Shown here piece by piece: positions 1-13,100 of a DNA stretch of 63,786 bases. The first letter of the stretch is position 1, and each line of letters begins with the position of its first letter. The position numbers and the translations under genes are program-made. The notes beneath the pieces are model-generated. The model was not told the origin of the DNA, made no database searches, and saw only the letters and a program-made list of their open reading frames with translations. The DNA is from Phoronis australis. Lineage: Eukaryota; Animalia; Phoronida. Location of the stretch: NCBI GenBank assembly GCA_002633005.1, contig NMRA01000593.1, positions 67,010-130,795 of the forward strand, read 5' to 3'.

Positions 1-1134
1 GGGGGGGGGCAGGCACAGGAATAAGCAACATTTCGGCAGATGCGCGCGCCCAGCCTAAAATCTGGGGATGCAGGGGTCTTGAATTCTTGGGTTTGCGGAC
101 CTGTTGACTAAAAAAACGGTAAACGGGGTTCATTCAGCGCCTCATGCGTTGTTTATTCACCCCCAAGACCCCCTGGTTGCGCACGTGTGCTAGTCAGCAA
201 TTCGCACCCGAACTCAAAAATGGGATCTGATACAATTTTAGTGCCCCCCCTTAAATCCGTAGTCATGAAAATACTACCTGGCTGGCCCATTCTCTGGTCG
301 TTACTATGATGCTTGACAACTGACCGAGATGCGACAAAATATGATCTAACTTTTCGAAAACATTTATTTTACACGGACATATTTTGCTTCGTCGGCGTAT
401 GGCAACAACCCAACGCTTACGAATCTAAACGTCTTTAGAGATTGTGAAGCGTGTACGTATTTTTTGTCTAGCCGTTCGGGGAACAACTCGGACTGAAACA
501 CAGACTCCTATGCCGATAAGCTAACAGAGCTATCGTAGCGAGCCTCGTTTTGGAACGCGCCTCCTGTCGGCGTGAATAGGGTCTATGCCCATCTCGAAAC
601 CGTGTTTCGCATTTTTTATTCATGCATCCCGGACGTCAGATGTCGCTATTCGTGATCTCATCAAATACGGCCTGCAAACACCACAAACCCTGAGCGAGTA
701 AACAAAGCAAGCAGGATGTATCAGATGAAAACGTTTCAATGTTGCAGGTTACGAAAATCACATGAAAGAAACGCCAGTGGTGACACAGTGACGGATCTAG
801 GATACCATAAGGGGGGTCCAACATGTCGCCTCGAAGAATTGGGCAAAGCGCGATTGTATGCACAGGCGCCCCGAAAGTTGCGGGGGCCGGCGATGTGACC
901 TGCTGTTCTCAAAATCTATCGGAGGACTAAAAAAATAAAGCAAAAAACGGCAACACGATTCCACCGCGTTCCGGGGCATCCTAAGCCCCCCCCCCCCCCC
1001 CNCCTGGTTCGTGAATTCTTTATTTCCTCACCCTTCACGCTGTTGCTGTTTAATTTTGCTTGCACTCCTGCCCCCCCCCCTTATTCCGCGTATGTGAAAA
1101 AAAGAAGGAGAAGGAGACGGATACTCAGGCATAC

Positions 1135-4100
1135 CAGTTCACATGGACTGTCAGTAACAACATCACTCTCCATTGGTACATACAACCTGGCATCATCTTT
1201 GGGATTGACCCATATTTGCATATTAATACGGGAATGCGTATCAAGTCCTGAATGTTCAAGATCAGTTTATGACATCATGAACTTGATTCATTATTTGTGA
1301 ACTAGACCTGAGAATTCTTTGATGCATTTTATCGTTCAAAAATTAAATACAGAGAAAACTGACCTGTGCAGCCAATGTCAGCACTCCACTGACCATGTGT
1401 ACACGTCACAGGATTCGGCCCAGTTCTCCTGTAGCCTGCATTGCAGTCGTAGTAACATTGACTTCCGGTAGTTTCTATGCAGTCTTTCAGGAACCCGTTA
1501 GCAGGGCTCAGTTTAGGTGAACAAGACCTTTCTGTGAAAATACAAAACTTAAATTGACATGATACAGCATGATTTAATTTCTAGCAAAACGATGTATCGC
1601 ATAGTTTATTAACAAAGTAACACAGAGCGTTGGTATGCAACGTAAACGGTAAGGAAATAAGGAGACTGTAGAGCCCATTTCCAGGATAGCAGGATTTACC
1701 CAAACGTCAATATCAGTTCTGCAAGCTCCCCTCGTTCAGAATACATAGGAGAAATTTCATGAAGATGTGCCGAAGAATGCAATAACAATTTGCCACAAGG
1801 GGACATCGCGGTAGTCAGATCCGTCCAAAAGTCGTTAAAGTCGGACTTTTCTCAACAGGAAGAAATATCCCAAATTTCATGAAGATCCCTGAAAGAAGTT
1901 GATACGCATTGAAGTAGATGCGAAGAAAACTGGAACTGTCACCAGGTGGCGCTACCGTAGACAACTCCAAATATTAATATAGGTCATGCTTTGAGATCAA
2001 CCACAGCGTAGAAGCGGATTTGCAGCGCAGACGAACTACGCATTGCGCATGTGCGAGTTACTTCCTTCGCGAAGGCTCATGGGATAGCTTGTGGTCAGGC
2101 ATGTCTTGAGCAGGCTGGATAGTGTGTGTATTTGGAGTGATTTGCAAACTAAAAACCATGTTTCATTTTTTGCTTTATAATACCAAGCAAGTCCTCTCTC
2201 TCGTTTGTAAACACAGCGTAGCTATGATCAGTGACCGTGTGACCGAGAGCACGACTGTCGCCGTGTTCAGTATTGGGGTTATCGGCGTTGATTTCGAAAT
2301 CTCCTCCTATTTCAGACAAGTTGAGAGTTCTTGGGTTGCTTAACTTTTGTAGCTTTCGTCGTGGATATGCTAGAGACGTTAATTTTAAGTGAAAACTCCG
2401 TCGGAATGTTGTTCTCATAAGTCTTTTTTCCACCAGGAAAATGTTCGCTGCACACACGATGGCCCCTAGGCAATTACATCGCACTGGATGCCGCAGGCAT
2501 TCAGGGGCGATAGTACATCCTCACAAAAAGTTACTCATTTCAAAATACAGCAAATAAAATCAAATGAACCCGGCATACATATAGGAACACGGAGTTATAA
2601 TTAACACATACCACGACTCTGGATACAATTTAGTCAGCAAAACTTGAACGAATCGATGAAAATCTGTTGCGGTTTGTTCGAGTTTCTCTCAGTCACGGTT
2701 ACCGGGTGCCATTTTGAGGAAGTTACGTGAAATTACGCATGTTGACGAATAAAAAGTCCAAGGGACACACATCTTACAAGTTTCACCCGATACCTTCTCA
2801 TGCTATTTTACAAGTGTCGCGCGCTAGCGTCACGCGCTTCGCTCAGTCTAACCTTGCGCCTAACTCACGGGATTCAGTTGACATGCTTTGTAGTTATCGC
2901 GCACGCGGTGATAAAATTAACGGCAACCAAAAAAGTGGAGTTGTAATTCTTCGCCAAAGTCAACTTAATTCTCACAACTAAGCTTCATTAAAGATATGTA
3001 TAGAAGTAGAAAGGACCAATGATGAAAGTAAGCGTTTTTTAAATGATAGTTTTAAGTGTAGAGTGTATTTTTGACGAGGTGAAAACTCGAAATCGGTAAC
3101 CCAAATCCGGTCACGGCCCGTTTAAAATACACTGGAGTAACGAAATGAGTACAGAAAGCGAATGGAAGTATTGTAGCCCCTACATGGCCAACCGAGGGGC
3201 TACGTGTTGCCTACTAGATGGCCCCGCGTTCGTTTGAATGCGCTAAATTTCCCCTTACTCCCAGGTCTCCTAATGTTGTTTATCCATTTTTCACAAAGTT
3301 CTTGGTTTGCAGGGAACACATACAAACTCAGATTTTTATCTCTCTTGTTGTTTTTGAAGCAGCCAGGAACACAACAAGTGTATCCGCTGTAAGTTTTCTT
3401 CGCGCTCATACCGCGTATTATGCTTGTTACTATGGCCGCTTTCGGAATCCTGACCGCAGCACCCACAATGCACCATTTTAACCCAATTTCAATATGGCGT
3501 CGCTGCAAATCCGCTATTGAACCTCGAGCCCTCCAGCTCGCAGTCAAACTCTCCGCTGGCGAACCTATTACCCCCTCGAAAAATAGCATTATCTTAAAGT
3601 ACAGTTGTTATTGGCCTTGATTTCAGCGATGACAGCGGCAAGAATTAGCCATGTATTATAAAACTACAAAAACAAAGGTTTTTTGCGTTATATAGGCCTA
3701 ACTCTGGTCAAAATTCTCCACAATGCGTTTTTGGCTATAAAAGCGACAATGCTTCCTTAATGGGAAAGTATTTGCCAACTTTCATAGTGCTTCTTCAAGC
3801 GGTTTATTAGAGAGAGGCTGACGCCGAAGAACACTCTAATAAACAATAAAAATGGTCACTAGGGGGCGCAAAAATGTCCCAATAAATCTGAATGTGAACA
3901 GGTGCTGTCATCAAGCTCATATGCCAAATTTGAGGCAAGCGGAATAAAATTTCAACAGCTACCAGGGTTGCCAGTCTTGTCCTAAAGCAATGTCCTTCAT
4001 GCGCTCCTAAACAGGAGCATACTGGACAATTTAAGGAACGTCCATCAAGTAACATGTTAGATATTGAGGCAAAGGCAAAACAAAAACGCTAGGGGTGCTA

Positions 4101-7100
4101 CTGTAGTCGGACCGGTCTGACAATTAATGTCAGCCGCGCCCTCAATACAAACACATATACCGTCTTTTATGAAGATGTATCAAGGAACTTAGTAGATGAT
4201 CCACAGACAAAAACCAAAACTGCCTCAATGGGGAGCTATTGTAATCGTTCCCGTCTAAACACAACCGCATCTGTGCTCTTTTAAACAGAAACACTTCAAT
4301 CTGTCAAATTCCATTAGGATCCTAGGAGCAGTTAGCGGATGAAGAGGCCCACCCCACAAACACGCTCGAAAACATTGAATAATGACCCCTAGGGGACACA
4401 ATATACAACAAATTCGTCATACACTGGAAAACTGCCGTCGCCATCTCAATAAATACATATGTGCTGAATTTCCCTTGAAGAATTATTATAAATACAGAGG
4501 CAAACGTTAAAGCCTAAAATTGTCAGCAAGGTATACAGTCGTAGTCGGATTCGTACAAAAGTCGCTTTTCGATGAAACACAGCAGACGCCAGACGCCCAG
4601 GGAGGGATTACGGCTATATATCAACTATAAAAATAGCCAATACACAATCTCTGATTGTTTGATTATTAAGTTTTATTGTTCCCACTGAAACAAGATGTAA
4701 ATCTTTTTTATGCACCTAAAATAAATTACATTATTTGGAAGGTGTACTTACGGCCAAAGAATACGGAGACAGTGAAGTTACAGATGGCCTGCTTGTTGAT
4801 TTCTTCGTCTGTAGCTGAACAGACGACAGAATGGGAATCTATACCAAATGTAACATTTGGCTGGTCAAAATTGCATTTTCTTTCCAGAAAGTCGCCGTTC
4901 TCAGCTCTCGTGAAATTGGGGAAAGGAAGTAACACTTGAGTTTGTGGAGTCTCGATGAATATTTCAATGTCGCTCGAACAGTTATGGATCACGGGCGGTT
5001 CATCAGCTACAACATTATGTAGAGCGAGGGTTACCAGGGGTAATTGCCGTAGAAACGAGAATCTCAGGATGAGAAAAGATCATGCAAGACCACGCAAAAC
5101 CCTGCAATTGAGAGTCAAGTGTTTCGAGAGTGTTCTCGTTAGCTTACAATTCTACTGGCAATCTCTTTTGTCGAAATAAGCTCAATTAGCTGAAAATTCT
5201 ACTCGCCGTACGACACTCCATGGCTTACGCAGAATATCGAGTCACATGTACGAGAATGTACTGTAAGCATGTAATGCATTTTTCCATTTGAGCCATCAGT
5301 ATTTTGCCAGGTTTTAGTCAGTTGAATGATAGTATAAAATGCACTGTTCCCATTCGATAACGTTTCTGGCCGGAAGTGCTTTACAATTGTCTATGATGTA
5401 CCACTGATCTCAGCCCTGTATAATTTGTTCATTTCAAAGCTTACCTTCGTCACTGGCACAGTACACACAATACGTTCTGGCACGCACACACAACAGTTAA
5501 AGCAAATACTAATAGAGGTGAAAGCGGTCAATATATTTTAGTAAGAACTCCCAAAACATCCAAACATTGCGGTAGCTGTCCACGAAAATGAATTTAGTTA
5601 CTTATTAAGTTGGAAGTTTGAAGTCAACAATTACAATTCTTACATGGACCTTCGACAAAACACGAATTTTGCAAAAACAAACTAATTGCAACGAAGCAGA
5701 ACGACATGTTGAGGTGAAATCAGCCTCGTGATTGATAATTCTTTAATCAGTCATTTGATTCTCATTTCCGTATCTACATATAGTTTGAAAAAAGTTTTAG
5801 GTAGGAAGAGAGGAAACTTAGGGCGACCTCCATTGGAAAATGCGTAACTTATGGGAAAATGCGCCACAAAGTAGCTTAATGGTAGGTTCATGAAGTTTTG
5901 ATTTACCTCCAAAAAGGAGATATTGAGCAGATAAAGTGGACAACAGGACCAGATGGCCACCAGGGGGTGCCCGAAAATTGACAAGTTAAGGTGTACTGGC
6001 GTGAAACACCTCTGCGTCAAGTTTCAGTGAAATTCGCACTGGTCAAAAAGATATCATCAGAAAACGACCTTTCCCAAAAATACTCCAAGCCCCTAATCGA
6101 AACGCTGCTGGTCACTAGAGCGTGTTGCAGCAATTGAATTTGCTGTAAAATCAACAGGTGCCGGTGCATTACAATCAAATACTTCTATTTCACTTGTTCA
6201 ATAGCAATACGTCAACTGATTCTCGAGACATGATCCGGAAAACTCTTCCCTAAAATATTGAAAAGGCCGCTTGTTGAGACCAAGGCGGTCACTAGAATGT
6301 GCGGAAGAGGCCACATTCCTCCAAAAAACGACTGGTACAGGCGTGTTGGTAGCACATAACCTCTGTTAGGCTTCAATGTAATCTGTCTATTGGTTTTCTG
6401 GGTATCCAGTAAGGCTCTTCTCCCTAAAAACAGGAGACCAGGCGTAACTGAAAAGTGATGCGTGACACCCGTGTGCTATATTTTATTAAGATCCGATTAC
6501 CTGTATTTGAGACATTGAGCGGACACACGGACGTCCGGGCAGGATAACGACAATATGCGACCACGTTTACATGGGCGCAAAAAGTTGAAAATCTAGTACA
6601 AAAAACCTGTACCCCAACACTCGGGAAGTATTCTGGGCTCCCAAACTCCTTCACTACTGCATGTCAGTCTGGTGCTCTCAGAAAGGCTATCAGGGATGGC
6701 ATAACCGTCATGGCAGTAGTAGTCACAAGACGTGCCGTAAGTCCTCGCCGTGCAATTGGTACTACCTTTGGGGATTCGTGGTGCAGGCATACATTTAACA
6801 ACTAAAATAAAAGCAAAAGGAAGTTTATTGATAAAAGTCAACTTAACATTATCCCGCGATCAGAATAAACTCTGAAAATGCAGCAATCGTTAGATTCTGA
6901 TCAATTTGAACTTGTTCCCTTATAAAACGGTTAATTTATCTAAACATCATTCAACAAGGAATGGACTCACCGGAGACAGCCCAAGAGTTGTTATCTCTGC
7001 GGCGAAAGATGTTAAAGTTGAGTCCCGGTGAGTTGCCAGCAGTCACTGGTACGGTGCGCGGCTTTAGACGCTCTGCGGCTGGGTTAAAGATCTTTTACAG

Positions 7101-10100
7101 GCCTAACTATCCCCAATTCCCGTACCAGTATGAATTTCAAAAAATAACTTGACTTGGCTGCGTCAGATGTGATATGCGACGTTGATGTTGAAATTGCGCC
7201 ATATTTTTTATGTTGATTTCCTTTGTTGGTTTATAATTCATATATTGCAATGTAGGCATCCTGGGGAGGCTTGGATGTACTTGTGACTGTAGAGTCGTCA
7301 AAATTTATCCATTCCCATGCTGACGATTTAACACAGCATGTATAATGACCACCCGTCGTCTTTCTTCCATGGTGTTCAATGACTGCTTTTATAGGGCTCT
7401 TCATATTTTATTTAGGTAGATATGGTACAGAACATAGATTTGGCAACATCTCATCCTGGTACTGCATATCATTTATGAAAAATGAAGTCTTATCTTGTTG
7501 AATAATAAAAGGAAATATCAGTATCATTTCTATATTCTATTGGTTTATTCACACCAACTTCATGCCTACTCCCAATGGCGTTCTAAGACGAACTGGCACG
7601 GGTACGTTGTGCTCACTTGGGATCGTAACCGTAGACCTTCGGTTTTCCGGCAAGCAATCTTACCAATAGCCGGATGAATGACCGACTGAAACGTGGTGCC
7701 AATTTGGATATTAGTGTAAATAGGCCAATAGGATTTACAAAAAATGCTACTACATCACTAGCTCAAAGCAGTTTTAGGAAGTTAAGGAATAATAAATAAA
7801 ACGAGATCCCAATCGTCATTCCAGGGGCTAATATCTGTGTTGTTCAGGGTAAATAGCATCGTAGAGACATATCCTTTCTTTGCAAACCGTAAAATGAATG
7901 TTCAGATTTACGAGTGATTCCGACCGCGCACTGGAGGATAATTTATTTGATGTTCAAACTTCGAAAAAACGTAGAAATTTGAAACTCTTGAGGTAACAAA
8001 TTCAGGTTAGGCGCGTAGTTGTAGTCGGTTGGTGTCGTCTCGAACAGCTCGTATTTTAAGAACATTAATTTTACGTTTAACATTACCAAAATATGCCACG
8101 CATCAAAAAAATCTTTATCCATTTCTAAGGGCATGGTTACCATGTGCTTACATCTGATATCAACATGCAGATTGTGGTTGTGAACCGTGGCTGTGAAAGG
8201 ACGGCACGGCAACTTTTTTTCTCCGTTGTTAACTCTATCGATAGACTTAATAACTCTATCGATAGACTTAATAACTCTATTGATAGACTTATTAACTCTA
8301 TCGATAGACTTACTCTATCGATAGAGATAGTAAGTCTATCGATAGAGCTACTGTATAGTAAGTCTATCGATAGAGTTAGTAAGTCTACCTACAGAGGTAG
8401 TAAGTCTATCGATAGAGTTGTAGTAAGTATATCGATAGAGTTAGCAAGTCCATCGATAGAGTTAATGAGTCTATCAATAGATTTAATAAGTCTATCGATA
8501 GAGTTAGTAACGGAGAAAAATAGTTGCCCTGCCGTCCTTTTACAGCCACCGTATTGGAAGGTGTCACGCTTGCTTCTCAAAGTGGGAAGCAAGCGTTCTA
8601 TCTTTGTGTTCGTTTTCCAGAGCAAATGAGAATGCAGGATTCTCTTTTCCTTGTACAGTGAGTATTTCTAAGCTTACTTTCACATTCAGGCTTCCAATTC
8701 CATGTCCTGCTTTCAAGGCACGTGACTTCCGTCGCTGTGATGTTATAGTACCCTTCGTCGCACGTGTACGTACACGACATCTGATAACCATTGCCGCACG
8801 TGCCAACTAGTCGTCCGTTCTTAGGTGGTTTTAGAATGGGACATGTTATGTCTATAAAAGCAAAGCAACACAGTCAATGCTATCATTGGAGTCTAAAAAT
8901 GCTTAAAAGAAAAAAGTTTGGGAACAAATCCTTGTAAAACGATAAGTAGTTGGACTGAAATTTATAAATATCTGCTGTGAATGCACTACTTACATCACAT
9001 TTTCTTGATTATTTCTGCATGTGCTCAGTAACTCGTACATGTTCTTAGTTTGTTGAGCCTTGTTTGAGCTTATGGTATATTCATTATTAATGGTTGCGTT
9101 AAATCAATAAAAAACTTACACTCAATGAAAATGTTATATAAGCACAACGAAGATAGTCCAGTTTCTTCATCCTTCGCGCCCAACGTCACGGCAGTCTTTG
9201 GAGCCGAGAGCAGTGCGGTTTCTCTGAGGTTATAAATACCTTAAAGTATATATTTTAAGGGAAATTCAACCAAACTTAAAACATGTTTCAGGAGTACACG
9301 TGCAAAAATCTTAACTGGCTAGATTTTCAGAAAAAAGCAGAACAGAACTAATTGTGATTTCGGCTTAATTGTTATTTTTACTTTCGTCATTTTTCGTCAT
9401 TTATCAACCGAAAGGTTCCTCCTCAAACACTGAAAAATAATATACCTATAGTCAAGTTCTCTCCTCTTGCCGTGATCACTGGTCGCGGTACGTTCACCAT
9501 TGTTTTGATTAGTCCTGTCTTGATATGAATGTCAGTTGGGCAGTACGTCATAGTTGGTGGTTCGTGAACTAAGAAATAATAATCATAGTTTCATCGAAGT
9601 TTGTTATTATAAGAAAGCAATTCGCAGTCCAGGTGAAAGGGATAAGATTAAGCAATTCTGAACGGATTTTATCGAAAATTAACCCCAGGTAATGCTCTTT
9701 CAACACAACTTTCAATATTTTCAAGCTTAACTGACTCGTGCGATACGGGTATTCACTCAACTGTCGCCATATGTAACGAGGAACATTACCGGTAATGGTT
9801 AAAACAATCAAACACAAACACGGCTGAATATCGCGAAATGTATATATTTTACTGATATCTTTCGACTCAAGGAACTAATCCCGTGTTCTGAACTGGTGAA
9901 TATCACAGGAAAAAGGTATCTTTAAGGCGCTCGTCGAATTATGTTCTGGACCAAGGACATTGGTCAACGCTTATTTGGTCTTATTTAAAAACAATATCAT
10001 TGCGTTTACATCTTTTCTCTAGGTCCATGCACCTCTACAATGTTGCACCAATTAGAACCGGTATAACTGAATTGCATTTGGTTGCAATAAAATGTCATGA

Positions 10101-13100
10101 ATTAACGTAAAAGAAATATTGACTTAGCATGTGAATTTCTACGGAACTTCTAAAGGAATATGATTCGACACAAATCAAGATTTTTGCGTTCCCTCACAAA
10201 GTGTTTGCCTTCCCTTGCAAAATTTGTGCATTCCCGGGCAAAATTTTTGGGTTATTTCGCAAATATTTTGCTCTCCCTTGCAAATTATTTGAGACCACTC
10301 CGTCACATTTTAATTAGAATTAAATCTAAATTTTGAGAGGGAACGCCAAAACTTTGCTAGAGAACGTAAAATATTTGCGAGAAAATGTAAAAATTTTGCT
10401 ACTGAAAGCAAAAATTTTGCGAGGAAACGCAAAAATCTTGAAATATATTTTTTCGCATCATTTTCCTTTAGGAGCTCCGTACATTTCGGCCGTATGAAGA
10501 ATAATGTTGACTGCTCATACCATGGTTTTCTCTTCCAGATGAAAGGACATACATTTAAACACACAACAAACGAACAACAGTTGTTGCACTCTTTAAGATT
10601 TGAGCCATTAACATCAAATGGTGAATTGAAGAGCAACCATTGATTTCATGATCAGCCTTCTATACCGCCATTCAATACGGCAAAATACATCACTTCACGA
10701 AAACTGGACGAAAAGAGTAGCAGCTGATTCCATTAGTACTCTGAGCGTACAAGCGCAGAGTGCTGTTGTTCCTGGGTTTTCTTCAATTTCATTCTTCTTA
10801 TTCTTCTTATTCTTCTTATTATTATTCTTCTTCCGACCAACTTCGAGGTTTAATAACTCCAATATGGGTGCAGGTACGATCTTTAAATTCAGCATATGAT
10901 TTTTGACAGTACATAAATTTTGATTCGTTATATAATCACATTCCATATTGCACCGGAAGAGGTCGATTGGTGCAAAGGCCATGTAATTTTGAAAATGCTA
11001 CTCCTTCTTCATTTTTAAAGCTATTCTTTTCAAATTCGGTGTACAGGTATAAGTCAACAAGGCAATTTAAGAATCACTTTTCTAACTAATCGGATCATCC
11101 AATCAGGTGAAATAGGTCAAAGGTCATTAGGTGCAGACTAAAATTTCGAGCTGGACACTTCAAATTGACAGGTTTGATTGGCACAGGTAATTCAATTTGG
11201 AATCCAAAGTTTCAGGTCATTTAGTGCAAACATGGGGTCATTAGGTGCATTTTTCTTCTGAAAATTTGACCTTTTCAATCAACAAGTATTCTGATTAGAC
11301 AAATGTGATTCTCAGCATTAAACACATTTTTATGGGCTCTGCAATAATTCTCCTACAGACGCTTACAATGCACCGGATAGGGTCAATTAGTGCAAAGGTC
11401 TTGAAACGTTCAAAATGTTATATCTCTTACGTTTTTCAAGAAATTCTTTTCAATTTCAGCACACTTGGGTAAGTCAACATGCCAATTAGATACTCTACTT
11501 TTCTTCGCAATAGGCCTAACCAATCAGAAAATATAGGTCAAAGGTCATTGAGTGCAAACTAAAATTTTGAGCTAGAGACTTCAACATTACATATCTGTTT
11601 ACTAAGTGCGATTGAGCTTGAATTCTAAATTTTTAGGTCATTTGGTGCACCCATGAGATCATTAGGTGCATTGTTTCTTCTGAAAGTTTGACCAATTCAT
11701 TTATCTTGTATTCTGAAGTGTTTAAAGTACAACATCTGAGATTTTTAGCATTAACCACACTTTTAATCGAGTTAACAATTACTCCCTCATCGGGGCTCAT
11801 AATGCACCGGAAGAAGTCAATTTGTGGAAAGGTCATCAAAAAATTAATATGTAATTTCTCCTACAATTTTAAAGAATTCATTTTTATATTGGTAAATGGG
11901 TTGCTGTCAGTAACTTTCCATAATAATTCCAGTAAAACGCACGCGTAGAGTTCCGTTATTGTCACGCCGTGACAATAATGTTTCTAGTTTATGGTGTAAC
12001 CCATGCATAATTAGATCTAAGTCAATAGTCTTGCGGTGAATTGAAAATTTGTGTAGGATAACCACAAAATTGCAATTGAACCAGAATTGTTCCTAAAACA
12101 GTTGTCTTCCCCTACTGAATTATCACTTGCCGCATGAATTCAGGCATGGCCAACTTCTATTTATTTTGAGCTTTTTATTGGTGATTTGTGTACATGTAAT
12201 CAAATTAGCACAAGGTAATGTAAACTTCAATAGCGAATGAAATCTGTCCATTATTATTGCGTTCATTCACACTTACCGTAACACTCCACTTTAGGAGGCG
12301 CAGACCATTCAAAACCGTTGGACGTTGGTTGGCATACCTGCTTCCTATAATAACGGTATTTCATTGGAATGATGTAGCCTGCGTCACAGACCACATTGCA
12401 TGTACTGCCACACGAGTTACCGTCGCACTGAAGGCTGGCATTCCCAACTTGGTTCACAGGATATCCAGAACAATAACCCACTGAAGTATAAAAGGCATTT
12501 GTAAACTTTTATGAGTTATTAATAATTCCTACGATCTTTTCTTAAAGCAAACGTGTCAAAATATTAGAAACGCAGTTCTATTTTTCTTCACGTCTTTCAT
12601 GTCTGCCACGTAGGGTATCCTAAAGCAGCCCTCCGTGGGCATTAATTCCTGGGCCAGGGGTCTAATCTTTTTACTCAAAATCCTACCACGATATACACAA
12701 TCACTGACTAATGACTACTTAAGCTTGCCCAAAAGTAGAACAGAAATTGTCAAAACTCATTTTGAGTTCGATTTCGAGTACTAAGATCCAAAATGTTAAG
12801 ATGTACGTGCCTTTAGTCGCCAGGAGACGGTGTAGCTCAGTGGTTTGAGCGTGTCTTTACTGGCTAACAATCTCTCCGACTCTTCAGAGCTCGGTCTTAA
12901 TATTGAATATTTGCAAGAGAGTGTGAGGGAGCGTGGATGTAAAGCGAAAGGAATTTCTGGGGGTTTGCTCATATTAAAAATAGAAAAAGCAGCGATGTTA
13001 GGTCCATACAACATGGAATCGTTCTGAAAGGAACCCGTTTCTATTATCTGAAGGTGCGACTGGAATGCACAACTTAAAAGAATGGCTCGTAGTCAAATGC

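Noticed and set aside
8229-8510. CRISPR-like regularly spaced repeats; ORFs 8144-8629 and 8389-8625 with NSIDRL repeats
   Set aside because: There are no unique spacers or cas genes. The arrays are the interior of a foldback MITE, and the ORFs are translations of the repeat.
12826-12870. tRNA gene candidates (also about 36135-36195 and 61191-61265)
   Set aside because: Only A/B-box-like fragments are present, with no full cloverleaf. They are better read as SINE heads.
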